A stretch of 64,000 nucleotides of DNA from an uncultured Candidatus Entotheonella sp. (GTDB taxonomy: Bacteria > Tectomicrobia > Entotheonellia > Entotheonellales > Entotheonellaceae), in NCBI GenBank assembly GCA_965215335.1, contig CBDCDA010000002.1, positions 928,001-992,000 of the forward strand, written 5' to 3'. Of the stretch, positions 51,114 to 61,250 are shown one piece after another (within the stretch, counting starts at the first letter, position 1; each line of letters begins with the position of its first letter). The notes beneath the pieces were generated by a model, which worked only from the letters and a program-made list of their open reading frames with translations, had not been told where the DNA came from and did no database searches. The translations under genes were made by a program, and so were the position numbers.

Positions 51114-52250
51114 TCACTCGTCTTCGGACGGACACTCGACCCCGGACAGCTGGCATAGACCGCCGGCTCTCCATTCCGCCGTGCGGCCAGCCGTACGACC
51201 GCGGCCGCCACTGACGCTGGAATCGGCGCCGCTGGCTTTGTTGCTCCAACCGCCGCTGACACTGGAGACGAGACCGCTGGCTTCGTTGGTATCACCACCA
51301 CTGACACTGGCCTTATCGCCGCTGGCTTCGTTGTTGTCACCGCCGCTGACGCTGGAATTGATGCCGCTGGCTGTATTGTTGGCACCACCGCTGACACTGG
51401 AACCCGTATTGCTGGCTTCGTTGTTCCAACCGCCGCTGACGCTGGAACCCGCATCACTGGCCGTGTTGCTTTCGCCGCCGCTGACGCTGGAAAGCAAACC
51501 GCTGGCTGTATTGGTGGAACCACCGCTGACGCTGGCCCGCTTGCCGCTGGCTTCGTTTTTATAACCGCCGCTGACGCTGGAATTGATGCCGCTGGCTGTA
51601 TTCTTGGCACCACCGCTGATACTGGAACCCGTATTGCTGGCTTCGTTGTTCCAACCGCCGCTGACGCTGGCATACGCGCCGCTGGCGATGCTGTGGCTGC
51701 CGCCACTGATGCTGGCAGAATAGCCACTGGCTTCGTTGTTATGACCGCCGCTGACGCTGGCATGTACGCCGCTGGCTTCGTTTGTATGACCGCCACTGAC
51801 ACTGGCATTCGCGCCGCTGATGGTGTTGCGAACCCCCGCCACCAACCCCCCGTAACTCGAATACGCATGCTCCGGGCCGATCACCACGTTATGCGACCCA
51901 CTCCGGTCGTTAGTGCCAAAATCAAAATCGCCAGGGTTGACAAACGGGGAATCATCATCCTCATTGTAGCCAACGATGAGATTGCCGACGCCGTTGCTCC
52001 TGTCAGTCCTGCCGAGGCTGTTGCGCACGTGCACGTTGCAGCCCTCGAAGACGACGTCGTAGGCCGGCAACGAGTCCGCTCGTCCCGTAACGGATATGGC
52101 CTTGATGCAGGACAGCAGTTTTCTGAGGTCCGAGATCTCCGCCGACGTCAAAGAGTCGGTCTGAGCCTGTACGGGAGGGCGGAAGGAGGAACTCAGCATC
52201 ACCGCACACCCCAATCCTGCCAACAAGAGACCCTTCACGAGTCGTGTCAT
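51114..52250 (-). CDS. secreted protein with 14 x 15-aa ASGxxSSVSGGxxN repeats (beta-solenoid/adhesin-like)
   Basis: signal peptide, NGVGNLIVGYNE, tandem repeats. Confidence 0.8.
   Translation of the reverse strand: MTRLVKGLLLAGLGCAVMLSSSFRPPVQAQTDSLTSAEISDLRKLLSCIKAISVTGRADSLPAYDVVFEGCNVHVRNSLGRTDRSNGVGNLIVGYNEDDDSPFVNPGDFDFGTNDRSGSHNVVIGPEHAYSSYGGLVAGVRNTISGANASVSGGHTNEASGVHASVSGGHNNEASGYSASISGGSHSIASGAYASVSGGWNNEASNTGSSISGGAKNTASGINSSVSGGYKNEASGKRASVSGGSTNTASGLLSSVSGGESNTASDAGSSVSGGWNNEASNTGSSVSGGANNTASGINSSVSGGDNNEASGDKASVSGGDTNEASGLVSSVSGGWSNKASGADSSVSGGRGRTAGRTAEWRAGGLCQLSGVECPSEDE
51195..51824 (-). repeat. 14 tandem 45-bp coding repeats
   Basis: ccgccgctgacgctgg core recurs every 45 bp, in frame. 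Confidence 0.9.
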
Positions 52251-52460
52251 AGTCTTTCTCCTTCACCTGAAGTTGATGTGTCCTTTCCGCCTGTGGAAAG
52301 GAGGGGTGAGCGTAGCTAGGAGGACCTTGCCGAGGTCAAGGTGCATGTGTCCAACCAGGCCCTTTCATGCCAGGCGTCGGATCATGCCAGGGAGGCAAAG
52401 GTCGGACGGTTGCAGAGGCGGGGTCGTCGTCTGATGATTTGTCCGGACCGGCGGCCCCCG

Positions 52461-52587
52461 ATCCATGACAGAAACGGCAGGATCACGTGCAAGGAAGCGA
52501 GGCGCCACGGCATCGGTGCGATGCCGGCGCCATCCGGCCTGTCCGTACATGCGCGATGCCGACAATGACGGCGTGGTCTGTGAGTAA
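52461..52587 (+). pseudogene. Excalibur Ca-binding domain remnant
   Basis: DRNGRITCKEARRHGI / frameshift / HPACPYMRDADNDGVVCE*. Confidence 0.6.
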
Positions 52588-52819
52588 CCGTCAGTTCTGT
52601 CCAACCTGATCCGTTCTGCTTCCCCACCGGCCTGCCGGAGGTCAAAGGAGGAGGCGAAAGCCCGCCTGCAGGTCGAGTAGCAAGGCCTTCGTTCTTCCAC
52701 AAAATCCAACCATCAGAACACGCCTTGCCGCCAATCCCGCACGAACTGAATGCAGGCCACCAGGTTGATATGTTACGATAGTGGCCTCTTCGGTCTCTTT
52801 TGTCTCGCACTGACCACTA

Positions 52820-54037
52820 GTAGCTCTCCAATGAGATTTTCCAGCATAATAGCAAACCCTCCGCGAGTCACATTCACACTGGGAGGGGATGAGGTGAAGA
52901 AACTCTTCGTGGTCCGCTTGAGTGCGGTGGAACGGATCGAACTGGAGAAACTGATAAAGACGGGCCGAGTGGCCGCCTACCGTCGCCGCCATGCACACAT
53001 CCTGCTACTGGCTGACCAAGGAGAACACGGGCCGGGCAAGCTCGACAGAGAGGTGGCAGAGCAGGTCGAGGTGAACCGGACCACGGTGGAACAGGTGCGC
53101 AAGCGCTGTGTGCTGGAAGGTCTAGAGGCCGCCTTGGGGCGGCGCCAGCGTAGCCGCGAGCGCGCAACCGTGCTTGATGGCGTGGGCGAGGCGCAGTTGA
53201 TCGCCCTCGCCTGCGGCGAACCACCGGACGGACGCGCTCGGTGGACCTTGCATCTGTTGGCCGATGAGTTGAAACGGCGTCAGATCGTGCAGACGATATC
53301 GCACGAAACGGTACGCCAAGTGCTAAAAAAAACGAACTCAAGCCGTGGCGTCAGGACATGTGGTGCATAGCGCCTCAGCAGGACGCGGCATTCGTGTGTG
53401 CGATGGAGCACGTCCTTGACGTGTACACGCGTCCGTATGACCCGGCCGACCCGGTAATCTGCATGGATGAGACCACCAAGCAGTGTGTTCGGGAGGTACG
53501 GGCGCCGCTGCCGATGAGCCCGCGTCACACGGCCCGCTTTGATGCCGAATATGAGCGCAACGGGGTGGGTCATCTGTTGATGTACTATGCGCCCTTTGAC
53601 GATTGGCGGCGGGTCGACGTGGCTGCTGACCACAAGGCACTGACTTGGGCCGAAGGGGTTCGCCGGTTGGTCGAAGAAGACTATCCGCAGGCGCAGCACA
53701 TCACGCTGGTGATGGACAATCTGAGCACCCACAGCGGTGCTTCGCTGTACAAGGCGTTTGCGCCCGAGCAGGCGCGCGCATTGTTGGACAAGCTGTCGTT
53801 TGTGTACACGCCGAAACATGGCAGTTGGCTGAACATGGCTGAGTTGGAGTTCAGCGTGTTGGCCCGTCAGTGTTTGACCCGCCGGGTGGCTGACATCGAC
53901 ACGCTGCACAATCAAGTAAGCGCCTGGACCGAACGCCGCAATCAAACGAGCCAGCCGGTTCAGTGGCGCTTTACCACCGCTGATGCACGGATCAAGTTGC
54001 GTAGCTTATATCCGGTCATTAGAGATTGACGATCTAC
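52820..54037 (+). mobile_element. IS630-family element
   Basis: TA on both flanks, ends gtagctctccaat / attgacgatctac; orfA GTG 52894..53370, -1 frameshift at A9C (53325-53333), orfB to 54029 with MDE, MDNLSTH, PKHGSWLNMAE. Confidence 0.92.
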
Positions 54038-54059
54038 TAGGCACTGTCCCCCCTCCCCT

Positions 54060-54510
54060 CCCCACACCGCTTGCCGTATTGTCCGAAGTCAGCAGGTCAT
54101 CAACCACTTGGCTGTCGTGAACCGAGGCGTCCGTCACACGATAACGCCGTACCAGCTTGTGCTGACGGTCGATGTTGACGTGGTTCTTGTAGCCGTAGTG
54201 ACTCTTGCCGTGCTTTTTCGTCCACCGCGCATTCGTGTCTTTCTGACGACGCCGGGCCGGCTTGTCCGCCCAGTCCTTGGGTATCTCGCCTTGCTTGATC
54301 TGGGCATTGTCAGCACGACAGTTGCGTTGGATGGGAACCGCGACAATCGACGCATCAATGATCTGGCCGCCCATCGCCTGGTAGCCCTGGCTTGTCAGGC
54401 AACCGTCGAAGTCCTCGAACAAGGCCTCGATGAGGCCAGCCTGTGACAACTGCTCGCGGTAGAGCCACACCGTCTTGGCATCGGGCACCTTGTCTTCAAG
54501 CCGCCAGTTC
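54060..54510 (-). pseudogene. IS5-family transposase internal fragment
   Basis: VPDAKTVWLYRE, IIDASIV, ARWTKKHGKSHYGYKNH, ASVHDSQ; truncated at both ends. Confidence 0.85.
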
Positions 54511-54713
54511 CTTTTTGAATTGGGCTTTTCATCGGACGTATTGGGCGAGAACGTGTCTGCGCCTTGACCAAGGGCGACGTGGAGATACCGTCGGATTACG
54601 CGGGAGTTGTGTACATTCCATTTGATGATCCTGGTGGTTGGAGGGAGAAACTTATCCAGGAGTTGGGGAGTGCCGGAATCTCTGCCAATGGGAGGCGGGC
54701 GTCGCCATCCTGA
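54511..54713 (+). pseudogene. C-terminal remnant of a TIR-like nucleotide-binding protein (CAP12/PycTIR-type)
   Basis: LFELGF / 1-nt frameshift / IGRIGRERVCALTKGDVEIPSDYAGVVYIPFDDPGGWREKLIQELGSAG. Confidence 0.65.
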
Positions 54714-54818
54714 ACGTGCGCATCGACATGTCGCTTGAAAGGGCAGCCGACTTCCGATGGTGCTGACAGATTGTCCATCTGTGCTCATCTTGTTGCATTG
54801 ACCTATAAACGCAGCGCC

Positions 54819-57800
54819 TCAAGTGGTCCTTGTCTGCTCGTAGGCCAGCGCAAACACGGTGTCGGTCAGCCAGCGCTTGAAACCCGCGTTGTCCATGAAC
54901 TGCTTGAACAATTCGGTGTCGTCCTTCATTACCGACGTCATGACGCGCAGAAGCGCCTTGTCGTGCTCGATGCGGGCGTTCTCCCGGTCCGAGTTGCGCC
55001 GGGCGTTGCGGAAGGCGCTGTCCTCGGCAACCTGCGACGGGATGGTGTCGGTGATGAGCTGGTGCACGCGGTCGGCGTCGTCCCACGAGATGTCCCCGAA
55101 GTGCTCGTTGAACTGGCGGATGATGTTCGACAGCCGCTCCAGCTCGGGCTCCGGCCGGTGACCGCCGCCGCTGCCCGGCACGGGCGCGACCTCGGCGTCC
55201 TCATCCGGCATCATGATCTTCTGCATCGCCTGTTTCTCGACCCGGTAGCTGTCCATGTCGATGGCCTCCAGGATGCCCCTCGACAGGTCCGCCTCCTGCG
55301 GCGCCGGCAGCTTGGGGATCAGGAAATTCAGGAAGATCGATCGCTTCTCCCAGGCCGCGTTGGTGTACGGCAGCACCGACGACAGGAAGGCGTAGGTGCG
55401 CACGAACGCCTTGGCGTTGCCCTTGAACGTCACCTGTCCGTCTTCGTCGAGATCGTTCCGGTAGACCGCTACGCAGGCGTCGAGGATGGGGTCGAGTTCG
55501 TCGCGTTCCGCCCCGCCCAGGTAACGTTCCACCAGATCGTCGACCTGCTCCGGGGCATACACCTGGGCGCCGTCCAGGTCCGCCTGCAGGTCGTGCAGCT
55601 TGTCGGGGTCGGCCTCGTCGGCCAGGAGCGTCGTGCGGTAGAAGTCGGCGAAGGCGTCGCGGATGGTGTCGGCGTCGTTCAGAAAGTCCAGCACGAAGAC
55701 GTCGTGCTTCTTGGGATGCGCCCGGTTGAGGCGGGACAGCGTCTGCACCGCCTTGATGCCCGACAGCGTCTTGTCCACGTACATGGTGTGCAGCAGCGGT
55801 TCGTCGTAACCGGTCTGGAACTTGTCGGCGCAGATGAGGAAGCGGTACGGGTCCTGCCGGATCATCTCGGCGATCTTGTTGGACGGAAAGCCGTTCAGCG
55901 ACGCCTCGCTGACCTTGACGCCGCCGAACTCGAACTCGCCGGAGAACGCCACGATGGCCTGGTAGCGGCTCTTGCGCGCCTGCAGGTAATCGCGCACGGC
56001 GTGAACGTACTGGATGGCGCGTTCGACGCCGTTGGTGACCACCATCGCCCGCGCCTGGCCGCCGATCTTGCCCTGCGTGAGCACCTGGTCGTGGAAGTGG
56101 TCCACCATGATCTCGGCCTTCAGGCGGATGGCGTGGTCGTGGCCCTCGACGAAACGCCGCAGTTTCCGATGCGCCTTCTTGGCGTCGAACGCCGGGTCGT
56201 CCGCCACGGTCTTGGCGAGCCTGTAGTAGCTCTGCACCGGCGTGTAGTGCTGCAGCACGTCCAGGATGAAGCCCTCCTGGATCGCCTGCTTCATGGTGTA
56301 GCTGTGGAAGGGATGGTGCCTGACGGCGCCATCGGGCTGCGGGTCGGGGTCGCCGAAGATTTCCAGCGTCTTGTTCTTGGGGGTGGCGGTGAAGGCGAAG
56401 TAGCTGGCGTTGGGGAGCAACCTGTGTGACGCCATGAGGCGGTTGATCTGGTCCTCGAACATCTCCGCCTCGTCCGCCTGGCCGGCCTCGGCGAGCGCCT
56501 GTGTCATGGCCCCGCTGGTGCGCCCGCCCTGGCTGGAGTGGGCCTCGTCGATAAGGATGGCGAAGCGCCGGCCGCGCTGCTCGTTGCCGATCTCGTCGAG
56601 GATGAACGGGAACTTCTGCACCGTCGAGATGATGATCTTCCTGCCGCTCTCGATGAAGCGGCGCAGGTCGCCGGAGCGTTCGGCGTGGCCCAGCGTGGCG
56701 CTGACCTGGGCGAACTGCCGGATGGTGTCGTGAATCTGCTTGTCGAGGATGCGCCGGTCGGTGACCACGATGGTCGAGTCGAAGACCGGCGTGTCGCCCT
56801 TCTTCAGGTCGATCAGCCGGCGCGCCAGCCAGGCGATGGAGTTGCTCTTGCCGCTGCCCGCCGAGTGCTGGATCAGGTAGCGTCGGCCTGCCCCGTGCGT
56901 CCCCGCGTCGGCCAGCAGGCGACGCACCACGTCGAGCTGGTGGTAGCGCGGCCAGACCTGATCCCTTTTCTTTCGACCTGTCTTCTCGTCCCTGGTCTCC
57001 ACCACCTGGGCGTAGTTCTCCAGGATGTCGGTCAGGCTGTCGCGGGACAGCACGGTGCGCCACAGGTAGTCGGTCTTGATGCCGTCCGGGTTCGGCGGGT
57101 TGCCCGCCCCGTCGTTCCAGCCGCGGTTGAAGGGCAGGAACCACGAGGCCTTGCCCTGCAGGCGGGTGCAGAAGCGCACCTCGCTGTCGTCCACCGCGAA
57201 GTGGGCCACGCAGCGCCCGAACTCGAACAGCTTCTCGCGCCAGTTGCGGTCCTTGCGGTACTGCTGGACCGCGTCGTCCACCGTCTGCTTGGTCAGGTTG
57301 TTCTTGAGCTCGAAGGTGAACACCGGCAGGCCGTTGATGAACAGCCCGATGTCCAGTGCCCGCTGGGTATCGTCGCGGCTGTAGCGCAGTTGCCGGCTGA
57401 CGGTGAAACGGTTGTGCTCGAAGCGTTCCTTCGCCGGCTCGTTGCCGGGGGACGGCGTGCCGTAGAACAGGTGCAGGTGATGCGGTCCGTGCCGCACGCC
57501 GTAGCGCAGCACGTCGATAGTGCCACGCTTGGACACCTCGCCCTGCAGCCGCGCCAGGAAGCGCCGCCGGGTCGGGCCGTCCTCATGCAGCGCCAGCGTT
57601 GCCGCGGCTTGCGGCTGGGTGGCCCGCAGGAAGGCGCGGAGTTGCACGACATCAACGCCATGCTCGCGGTCGTAGTCGTGCGGGTTGCCGCCGCTCCAGC
57701 CCACGCCGCCGTATCCGGCGGGCGGTTCGGCCACGGTGCCCGATGCGGGTGGCTCGTACGGATGACCGGCCAGCGCCGTGCAGATGAGGCGTTCGATGCC

Positions 57801-57824
57801 GCGCTCGGAGGTGTCGGTGGGCAT
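54819..57824 (-). CDS. hsdR: type I restriction enzyme R subunit
   Basis: FINGLPVFTFELKN nuclease, HSAGSGKS Walker A, IDEAHSSQ, FTATPK, KFQTGYDEP. Confidence 0.95.
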   Translation of the reverse strand: MPTDTSERGIERLICTALAGHPYEPPASGTVAEPPAGYGGVGWSGGNPHDYDREHGVDVVQLRAFLRATQPQAAATLALHEDGPTRRRFLARLQGEVSKRGTIDVLRYGVRHGPHHLHLFYGTPSPGNEPAKERFEHNRFTVSRQLRYSRDDTQRALDIGLFINGLPVFTFELKNNLTKQTVDDAVQQYRKDRNWREKLFEFGRCVAHFAVDDSEVRFCTRLQGKASWFLPFNRGWNDGAGNPPNPDGIKTDYLWRTVLSRDSLTDILENYAQVVETRDEKTGRKKRDQVWPRYHQLDVVRRLLADAGTHGAGRRYLIQHSAGSGKSNSIAWLARRLIDLKKGDTPVFDSTIVVTDRRILDKQIHDTIRQFAQVSATLGHAERSGDLRRFIESGRKIIISTVQKFPFILDEIGNEQRGRRFAILIDEAHSSQGGRTSGAMTQALAEAGQADEAEMFEDQINRLMASHRLLPNASYFAFTATPKNKTLEIFGDPDPQPDGAVRHHPFHSYTMKQAIQEGFILDVLQHYTPVQSYYRLAKTVADDPAFDAKKAHRKLRRFVEGHDHAIRLKAEIMVDHFHDQVLTQGKIGGQARAMVVTNGVERAIQYVHAVRDYLQARKSRYQAIVAFSGEFEFGGVKVSEASLNGFPSNKIAEMIRQDPYRFLICADKFQTGYDEPLLHTMYVDKTLSGIKAVQTLSRLNRAHPKKHDVFVLDFLNDADTIRDAFADFYRTTLLADEADPDKLHDLQADLDGAQVYAPEQVDDLVERYLGGAERDELDPILDACVAVYRNDLDEDGQVTFKGNAKAFVRTYAFLSSVLPYTNAAWEKRSIFLNFLIPKLPAPQEADLSRGILEAIDMDSYRVEKQAMQKIMMPDEDAEVAPVPGSGGGHRPEPELERLSNIIRQFNEHFGDISWDDADRVHQLITDTIPSQVAEDSAFRNARRNSDRENARIEHDKALLRVMTSVMKDDTELFKQFMDNAGFKRWLTDTVFALAYEQTRTT

Positions 57825-58016
57825 TACGCATTCCATCAAATACCCGTCAAATAAATGGGGCGATTGCAACTATTTGAATATCAAGATGTTACATCACATC
57901 AAGCAGGCTTGGCCTATCTGATTGGCGGAATCCTGTCAAATAACAATCTCAAACCATGGAAGCGGCGGGCGCTGTCTCACTTCCGGACTTCCCCCCTCCG
58001 TCCGAGGGATCGGTGG

Positions 58017-59084
58017 TCATGACTCGGCATCCAGAACGCCGCGGTCGATCCAGTCCTTCTCCATCAGGACCTTGGCAGCGAGCTCGATCTGCCGGGCCGA
58101 AAACATCTTCTTGCGCTCATGCCAATTATGGACGTGCGATATGACATCGGTGAGGTTTTTGGGGGATTCACGTGTGATCACCCAATGCACCGTCGAGAGT
58201 AACTCCAGGCCGAAAGACGATTCGAACCCCTCGACGAGGTCGGCTACCCGGTCGAACTGCGCACGCGTGTCGGGATGCTCTTTCAGGAATTCTTCGGCAG
58301 TAGTCACCGCTCCCGGCACCAGCTCGAGTTGCTTGTACGGTTCGTCGCCGCCGTCGCCATAGCCCGTGACGTAGTGGCCCTCGATCTCGCGTAGCACGTG
58401 GGTCAGATTTGTGGCGTAAGGACCGTACAGCCCCTTGACCACTTGAAGTCGTTGCATGGCCGGTTCGCCGCTGACCTTCATGAAATACATGAGCTTATGG
58501 ACTTCGAGCAATGTCACCAACGGGTCCAGGAGACCGCTCAGATAGCGATCCATCAAGCCCACGAGTACCGCGCGCCCCGGTGTCATGTCCGGCGCTGATT
58601 GCCGCCTGGCCATCCGAGTGGCCGCCGGCGCGCCACCGGGCTGGAAGATCACGACACACAGATCGTTGAAGTCTCCCAGCGCTTCCTCGATCCGCAGCCG
58701 TACCTCGTTCCAGTCCAGTCCGCCGAGCCCGGTGCCGAGCGGCGGAATGGCGAGGGAGCGGATCTTCCTTTCGCGGATCACGTCCTGCAGGGCCGTCAGC
58801 CCTGCCTCGATGTCCTCCATCCGGCTCTTGCCGCGCCAGTGGCGTTTGGTGGGGAAGTTGATGATGTAGCGCGGATTGGTCAATCGGCCGGTGTCGAATA
58901 CGAACATGCGGCCCGGCTGCACCTCTTGGCGCTTGCAGGCTTCGGCGTAGGCCTTGAAGTTGTCGGGAAAGGCATGCTTGAATTGCAGCGCAATGCCGCG
59001 TCCCATGACGCCTCTGCAGTTCACCGTGTTCACCAGGGCGTCGGTTTCCTCGGCGAGAATATCCCCCGTCTTGTATTGCAACAT
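58017..59084 (-). CDS. darG: DarG macrodomain antitoxin
   Basis: VNTVNCRGVMGRGIA, INFPTKRHW, PPLGTGLGGL, C-terminal GLELLSTVHW. Confidence 0.92.
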   Translation of the reverse strand: MLQYKTGDILAEETDALVNTVNCRGVMGRGIALQFKHAFPDNFKAYAEACKRQEVQPGRMFVFDTGRLTNPRYIINFPTKRHWRGKSRMEDIEAGLTALQDVIRERKIRSLAIPPLGTGLGGLDWNEVRLRIEEALGDFNDLCVVIFQPGGAPAATRMARRQSAPDMTPGRAVLVGLMDRYLSGLLDPLVTLLEVHKLMYFMKVSGEPAMQRLQVVKGLYGPYATNLTHVLREIEGHYVTGYGDGGDEPYKQLELVPGAVTTAEEFLKEHPDTRAQFDRVADLVEGFESSFGLELLSTVHWVITRESPKNLTDVISHVHNWHERKKMFSARQIELAAKVLMEKDWIDRGVLDAES

Positions 59085-59096
59085 GGGTCCCCTCCC

Positions 59097-59768
59097 TCAG
59101 TAATACCAATCTGGCATCATTTCAACACGCGGTTGGTGGTCTGCCTTGCGTAACAATTCCCTCACCCGCTCACGAACCTGCGGTGATCTTGTGCCAATCC
59201 GGCTGGCAAGCTCCCACGGAAACGACTGCTCCACAAGAAACTCGGCCTGTTTGCCTTCCTTGACTGATGAAGGTATCCCCTCGCCAGCCCAGCGGTTGGC
59301 CTGCACGGCCTCCCAGTCGATCTCGTCCAGCCGGGCCAGGTCGGAACGGTCCTTATAGTAGTTCGACCCTGCATTCGACAACGTGAAGGCCCAACGGCGC
59401 CCATTTTGATTCGCCCAGGCGACGCTCTGATGAAGGTCGGCCTCAAGATGGATGATGGGCCTCTGACCGCCATGATAGGCCAATTTGGGGTGGTTTGCCT
59501 GCGAAATCATATACAGCATGACCGAGCGTGGACAAAAATGGAACGGCACGCACTGCCCAACGTACAGGCCCGGGTGACTGGCGAGGGTGAGGCTGGTCAG
59601 CCGCCGTTGCTTGATACTGTTCAACCCAATGGTGGTGCCCATGCCAGGGTTGGCCGCCTGGCGGCGTTCGATTTCTGCATCACACCAGAGGTTGCCGTCG
59701 GCAATGATCGAGGACAGCCGATCCACGTGCACAATGTGGTAAATCTTCGGTTCCGCAGGTGGCGGCAT
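59097..59768 (-). CDS. darT: DarT DNA ADP-ribosyltransferase toxin (DUF4433)
   Basis: IYHIVH, VPFHFCPRSVMLY, SNAG, catalytic KQAEFLV. Confidence 0.9.
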   Translation of the reverse strand: MPPPAEPKIYHIVHVDRLSSIIADGNLWCDAEIERRQAANPGMGTTIGLNSIKQRRLTSLTLASHPGLYVGQCVPFHFCPRSVMLYMISQANHPKLAYHGGQRPIIHLEADLHQSVAWANQNGRRWAFTLSNAGSNYYKDRSDLARLDEIDWEAVQANRWAGEGIPSSVKEGKQAEFLVEQSFPWELASRIGTRSPQVRERVRELLRKADHQPRVEMMPDWYY

Positions 59769-61212
59769 GGTCAGCCCGCGGCCTCTGCCAACTCTTCCTC
59801 GCTGTCGAATTCCGACTCGTTACCAGAGGCGAATGTCTCATCCAGGCGGTCTTGGTAGCGAGGGGGCCGGCCTCGGGCAGTGCGGCCGCGGCCTCGCACA
59901 CGTCGAGCTTGCCGGTGACGACATCGGCGATAAGGCGGGCCGCGTATTCCTGCATCAGGTCGATTTGGCGACGGGCGCGGGCAATGGCGGTGTCGATGCC
60001 GGCAATCGTTTTGTCAAGGTAGGCGACGATGGCGGTTTGTTCGGGAAGGGGTGGGAGGGAGATCGGGTAGTTGGCTATAAAACTCGGTGGCACTCGTTGT
60101 TGTCCGGCGGCACCTGTCATAGCATCCGTTCCCCGCCTGCGAAACTCGGAAGCTGTGGTAAGGCGATATAGAAACTGGGGCAGAATAAAAGACTTGGCTC
60201 TCAGCACATGGAACTCGGTTGATCCGAAGCCAATTGCCGTCGGCAGCGAATGAAGGTGGGCGCCTTTGCCATTCTCGAAGCACGGGGTAATCTTGGCGAC
60301 AAGAACGTCGTCACGTCGAAAATACGTAAAGCCATTCCAAACCTTGGAGGCAGGCAAGGTTTCTTGTGGGTCGATGCGTCCGTCTGGCCAAACCCGCTCC
60401 ATGGGGAGAAATGTTACGGTTGTATCCGAAACGAGAGAATTGCTCGCCTCTGTCCGACTCGGGTTTAATGCAGCAGCGTGTTTCAACCGCCGCACCTCCC
60501 AATGCGCCGGCACGTCCCCCAGCCATTCCACGCCGGAGTACTTGTAGGCCGGGTAGGGCTGGCCGGTGCGGACGTCGATCTGGCCGGTGACGGCCTGGTG
60601 GATGATGGCTTGCTTCTGCTCCTCCAGCAGCGCGACCAGCTTCTGCTTGGCGCGGATGTAGCGCCGGATGCGCCGGTCGGTGTGGTCGAGGAAGCGGACG
60701 ATGGCGGTTTGTTCGGCGAGAGGCGGAACAGGCTGTTCCATGTTGCCGATAAACTGCCATTCTGCGCGAGGCATCTTGGCCCCGAAGGTCGAGGCATTTA
60801 TCGCGTCGATGATCGGCTTGGTGTGAAGGATTTGCTGAAGGTATCCCGGTGACATGTTCCCGTCTCGCAGCCGCAGCACCAGAAACTCCCCGACGCACAC
60901 GCCCGGTTTGTCCGGGCAGGCCACTTTCGCCAGGTAAGGCCGCAACTTGCCGAATAACACGTCGCCGGTCTGAAACCGTTTCAGTTGACTTTCGAAGGTC
61001 ATGCCCGGACCCGCATCAACGTATCGGCCTGACCAACTTTCGACATGCTCAAGGGCCAGAGCGATTTCATGCTCATGGCGTTGCGTCGTTTGGTCAACTA
61101 TGTTGGCTGCCAATGTCCTCAGCCGCCGCACCTCCCAATGCGCCGGCATGGCCCCCAGCCACTCGACGCCGGAAAGCTTGTAGGCGGGGTAGGGTTGCAA
61201 GTTGGATGTCAT
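59680..61212 (-). CDS. hsdS: type I restriction enzyme S subunit (possible frameshift in the C-terminal tail)
   Basis: two PYPAYKxSGVEWLGxxPAHWEVRRL repeats, PPLxEQTAI twice, two TRDs; an alternative frame ends with an acidic tail at 59771. Confidence 0.9.
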   Translation of the reverse strand: MTSNLQPYPAYKLSGVEWLGAMPAHWEVRRLRTLAANIVDQTTQRHEHEIALALEHVESWSGRYVDAGPGMTFESQLKRFQTGDVLFGKLRPYLAKVACPDKPGVCVGEFLVLRLRDGNMSPGYLQQILHTKPIIDAINASTFGAKMPRAEWQFIGNMEQPVPPLAEQTAIVRFLDHTDRRIRRYIRAKQKLVALLEEQKQAIIHQAVTGQIDVRTGQPYPAYKYSGVEWLGDVPAHWEVRRLKHAAALNPSRTEASNSLVSDTTVTFLPMERVWPDGRIDPQETLPASKVWNGFTYFRRDDVLVAKITPCFENGKGAHLHSLPTAIGFGSTEFHVLRAKSFILPQFLYRLTTASEFRRRGTDAMTGAAGQQRVPPSFIANYPISLPPLPEQTAIVAYLDKTIAGIDTAIARARRQIDLMQEYAARLIADVVTGKLDVCEAAAALPEAGPLATKTAWMRHSPLVTSRNSTARKSWQRPRADHAATCGTEDLPHCARGSAVLDHCRRQPLV

Positions 61213-61250
61213 GTTTGCACTCCGCAAATCAGCGCGGCTGCCCGGACGCT

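Noticed and set aside
51195..51824. 45-bp periodic repeat as CRISPR
   Set aside because: In-frame coding tandem repeat without unique spacers.
60487..61200. Direct repeats inside hsdS as an invertible or shufflon system
   Set aside because: These are the normal conserved repeats flanking the two TRDs; no inverted silent hsdS copies were seen.
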